Assembly: GCA_965223665.1 (NCBI GenBank)
Contig: OZ245011.1
Span: forward strand, 2,560,001-2,624,000
Length of the DNA: 64,000 bases
From: Nitrospinaceae bacterium
Lineage (GTDB): Bacteria > Nitrospinota > Nitrospinia > Nitrospinales > Nitrospinaceae
Reading direction: 5' to 3'
The translations under genes and the position numbers were made by a program. The notes below the pieces were generated by a model. The model had not been told where the DNA came from. It saw only the letters and a program-made list of their open reading frames with translations, and searched no databases. Below are positions 61,701 through 64,000 of this stretch, piece after piece. Each line of letters opens with the position of its first letter. The stretch's first letter is position 1.

Positions 61701-61864
61701 TGGTGAGAAAGTTGGTCTTCAAAAGCCTCCATTCCAGACATTGCAGCTTTACTATCCAAGGCAGGGTATCTAGAAACTAGCCAGAATCCAAGGGATACAA
61801 AAACAATGAATACAAGTAATACAAGAGCTCTTTGCTTCTTTTCCATATTGTCCAGACAAATCAA
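58748..61864 (-). CDS. Fusion of DUF318/ArsP-like permease with FG-GAP repeats and ASPIC/UnbV domain (CRTAC1-like)
   Basis: Multi-TM N-terminus with PLGVCVNCVAP and SSPTLN; D..GDG..D repeats; C-terminal GGF.S.....VHFGLG......VEI.W.NG. Confidence 0.8.
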   Translation of the reverse strand: MICLDNMEKKQRALVLLVFIVFVSLGFWLVSRYPALDSKAAMSGMEAFEDQLSHQPHFQPSENASSYERVFISTLNWYESNWRGMAFGLVLAGGFLTLLSYLPQKSSEHRLKNSLMGMLVGTPLGVCVNCVAPIAKGIYEAGSKMETALAVMFSSPTLNIVILTMVFTIFPFYMALLKVGSTLVLVLLIVPLISKADLKTKKEVLEKTPSAIQCDILPGKESWVESVIGSCKDYFQNFKYIVIRTVPFMLLAGFLGALASHVWSFEKFIGMPVTWKTLGFISFLGTFLPLPIAFDIMLAQALKVSGLAEGFIMTLLFTLGTFSIYSALVVYRTFSLKIAIQLYLIVAFFGMGLGYVANAYSDYQFVRWLESYETFVKHSDNELHSTDFEKEETSYPNPTVINFFSTTPVKPKLLYDANDLSIEYFAHNKRSFSASELPFTRILGLELGIEYFNKLSSVNFFDPFFFGRGIASGDFTGDGWVDIAIATDKGIEIYQNINGQKFQKLDTFSGTFSGNEAMNVALVDMNNDGVLDIFSTTFNNGNFLWIQSSDREPFPKRLIVPNKSALITNSVSFGDIDGDGYLDIVNGNYFLGVLTRTPLEQSQNQLVLNKQLQFELKNLPGIPGQTQTSLLSDINLDSKLDLLIGNDYRVADTYYWGQGEGNFQKILKQENIIPITTENTMSMDTGDIDNDLIPDIYLANIGFSRGIDVVSNIFGQGMKEVGRNFCKPGVSAIESNMCHDLIKLVTLLNPERQDTSERCDQLGTREKVGNCMATRMALLAIKKDKPNLCEKLSKSHPLSQTLCKMYFEAKFLEFDRKEEIPFRSLTNILLKGKGNNVWEDISENTNAQTAEWSWNAKFADLDNDEWQDLYVVNGVLITQEFASNNFFHNQKGKGFKPSQKEFGLEDLDHSSSYTYLDFDNDGDLDIIANTLYGPFKFYRNNESKGNSITFDLKQETGNRFCIGCRIIIRYGPDWKRHQFREVKASGGFRSFDGSRVHFGLGAYESIKEVEIHWSNGEFTKFSHPLLANRHYIFRQKNS

Positions 61865-62131
61865 TGCATCAATTCATAATTGGGAAAAAGTCACTTAAAT
61901 TACCATTATCAATCGATAAGTTTCAAAATTTTTTTTCTACTTTAAACATTGATTTTCTGGCATTTAAAAGGAACGAATCAAAACCTTAGCTAATAAAAAT
62001 TAATTCACTCCTTGAGAGAGACAATTAAAATTTTATTTCGCTTTGAAGGAATAGTATTTATAAAATGAAAAATTCCCTTATACTTAAAATATTACCATTC
62101 AATTCTATTTTTTCATTTCGGAGAATATTTT

Positions 62132-63310
62132 TTGGAAACCCCTTGTCTTAATTTACTGCTTTTTTCAAACTCAACGGACAAATCAGACTTAAATCAAATT
62201 TTTTCCGAAAACTCTCAACCAAATTTCAATTTATTTTTTAAAAGTTGTCAGAATGAAAAAGAAGTAGAAATTGAGTTAGGCAAAACTTCTTATGATTTTT
62301 TGATTTTAAAATACAACCCAAACAACATTTCCTGTCAAAAATTTATTGAAAAAATTAAAAATGACTTTTCTTCCATTTTAATAATTTATCTAATTCCGGA
62401 TGATTTGAAAATTGAACAGCTAGAAAAAGTTGATGAATCCATTGAAGTAATTCAACAATCTTCTTTAAAAAAAGGTTCTCTTGAAAAAACCCTTTGGACC
62501 TTAGTAAGGAGAAAAAAGAATTTATTGAAGTTCAAAAAATTAAAAGATTCTTTTTCTAAAATAAAAAAACGCTTTGCAGCCAAACATCAAGTCTTAGTGA
62601 AATCTAATGATTATAAAGATTTACTTCTTTCCATGGGAATTCATGATATTCGAAATCCATTAGGTGCTTTAATGGGTTATACAGAAATATTGATAAATGA
62701 TCGTGAAATGATCGATCCTTCTGAAATGGAAGAAATTACTCAAGTTATGAACATAACCTGCAAGCAATTAGAAAATCTATTAGAAGATCTCTCAATGCTT
62801 TTTTTCCTTGAAAATGGAAAAATAAAACTGAACAAGACTAAAAATTCCCTAAAAGACCTTATCGAAGATCGTATTCATACCAATAAACAAGAGGCTGAGA
62901 AAAAAAATATAAAAATACTTTCAGAATATGAAAATGTGCCTAATGTTTACTTTGACTTTCAGCAAATTTCCGAGGTTTTCAATAATTTATTAAGCAACGC
63001 TATAAAATGGTCTCCTAAAAACTCAAAAATTTTTATTGAATTAAATTTAGAAGATGAATGGGCAAAAATCAGTGTAAAAGATCAAGGCCCAGGTCTTACC
63101 AAGCTAGACCAAGAAAATGTGTTTGTTCCTTTTTCTAAACTTAAAAACAAACCTCAAGGAGATGACATAGGAAGCCAACTTGGGTTGGCCATAAATAAAA
63201 AAGTTATGGATTTGCATAATGGAACTATCATGGTTAAGGGAATGCCTAATGAAGGGGCTACCTTTATCTTTGGTTTGCCCTTAGAAAACAATAGACTTTC
63301 TTCAAAATAA
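62132..63310 (+). CDS. Cytoplasmic histidine kinase with degenerate N-terminal receiver-like domain
   Basis: HDIRNPL, NLLSNAIKW, DQGPG, LGLAI, GATF. Confidence 0.85.
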   Translation: METPCLNLLLFSNSTDKSDLNQIFSENSQPNFNLFFKSCQNEKEVEIELGKTSYDFLILKYNPNNISCQKFIEKIKNDFSSILIIYLIPDDLKIEQLEKVDESIEVIQQSSLKKGSLEKTLWTLVRRKKNLLKFKKLKDSFSKIKKRFAAKHQVLVKSNDYKDLLLSMGIHDIRNPLGALMGYTEILINDREMIDPSEMEEITQVMNITCKQLENLLEDLSMLFFLENGKIKLNKTKNSLKDLIEDRIHTNKQEAEKKNIKILSEYENVPNVYFDFQQISEVFNNLLSNAIKWSPKNSKIFIELNLEDEWAKISVKDQGPGLTKLDQENVFVPFSKLKNKPQGDDIGSQLGLAINKKVMDLHNGTIMVKGMPNEGATFIFGLPLENNRLSSK

Positions 63311-63430
63311 TTTTTCCATAATTAATTTATCCCTTCACGATTTTCTCTCTATTCAAAAATTATTGTTTTTGATATAAAGTGAGACCCACTATCAGTAAAT
63401 ATTAATTTCTAATTATTTAATTGGGGAAAA

Positions 63431-63658
63431 ATGGATACTATGCGTAAAGACAGGTTTAACATTGAAATGGAAGATATTGATGCTTTCTCTTTGGAGCGCT
63501 CTCAGGATTGCCAGGAATGGGAGGATGTTTCAAAAGAGGATGTGAATGAAATTCTAGATAAGGTTTCTGAAGAAAAAGCAAAAACATTTCTTGGTGTAAT
63601 TAGAAATGGAAGTATGTGCCAATTAGGCGGCTTTTTTTATCGAATTATTCCAGATTGA
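63431..63658 (+). CDS. Small hypothetical protein
   Basis: 75-aa ORF with GGGG RBS, directly upstream of trmL. Confidence 0.6.
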   Translation: MDTMRKDRFNIEMEDIDAFSLERSQDCQEWEDVSKEDVNEILDKVSEEKAKTFLGVIRNGSMCQLGGFFYRIIPD

Positions 63659-63670
63659 TTTTTCCCCATT

Positions 63671-64000
63671 ATGCCGCATAAGCTAAATATTGTACTAATT
63701 GAACCCCAAATACCTTCCAATACCGGATCGATTGGAAGACTTTGTTTAGCTACTAACTCTACTCTTCATTTAGTAGAACCTCTAGGTTTTGAAATTACTG
63801 ATAGTAGATTAAAAAGAGCTGGGTTGGATTATTGGCAACATTTAAATTTAAAAATTTATCCTGACTGGAAAACGTTTTTAAATTCTCTTTCCCCAGATAC
63901 TCACAAAGTGTTTTTTTCCAAAAAGGCAAAGCCTTTATACTCTGATTTTACATTTAAAGAAGGAAGCTATTTAATTTTTGGAAAGGAAACTACCGGCTTA
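63671..64000 (+). CDS. trmL: tRNA (cytidine/uridine-34 2'-O)-methyltransferase, runs off the window
   Basis: Hand translation: MPHKLNIVLIEPQIPSNTGSIGRLCLATNSTLHLVEPLGF...LKRAGLDYW...YLIFGKETTGL. Confidence 0.93.
   Translation, partial: MPHKLNIVLIEPQIPSNTGSIGRLCLATNSTLHLVEPLGFEITDSRLKRAGLDYWQHLNLKIYPDWKTFLNSLSPDTHKVFFSKKAKPLYSDFTFKEGSYLIFGKETTGL

Overview
The window has three blocks. (1) 1-13,105: two tandem paralogous giant secreted metallophosphoesterases (purple-acid-phosphatase type head, then alternating DNRLRE/CBM96-like and HYR-like modules). They share an apparently identical ~1.96 kb 5' segment, and the left gene runs off the window in a 456-bp tandem array. (2) 13,676-52,375: a ~38.7 kb island integrated into tRNA-Arg(UCU) and bounded by 45-bp direct repeats. 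Its core looks like a phage satellite (PICI-like): tyrosine integrase, unknown ORF, Xis/AlpA-like HTH, replication initiator with a DnaA_N-like tail, a lambda-like cosQ/cosN site and a Nu1-type small terminase, with no capsid, portal or TerL genes. Its cargo has two parts. One is a ~20 kb envelope/secretion locus: two secreted 36-aa-repeat amyloid/beta-solenoid-like proteins, a CsgG-like lipoprotein, LPP20/FlgP-, FlgT- and DUF4384-like proteins, a TpsB/TpsA pair and two caspase-fold proteins. The other is a defence block: C5 methyltransferase-Vsr, a Z1/PD-(D/E)XK/GHKL Mza-like operon, an AspBHI/Mrr-like nuclease and a UDG-like protein. (3) 52,406-64,000: a split MtrB-kinase-DUF4399-MtrA operon, a permease-FG-GAP/ASPIC fusion, a histidine kinase and trmL. 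The best candidates for novelty are the curli/Fap-like 36-aa-repeat secretion system and the cos/terS-bearing, phage-genome-sized satellite carrying it. All family assignments come from motif recognition by eye; no database searches were run.
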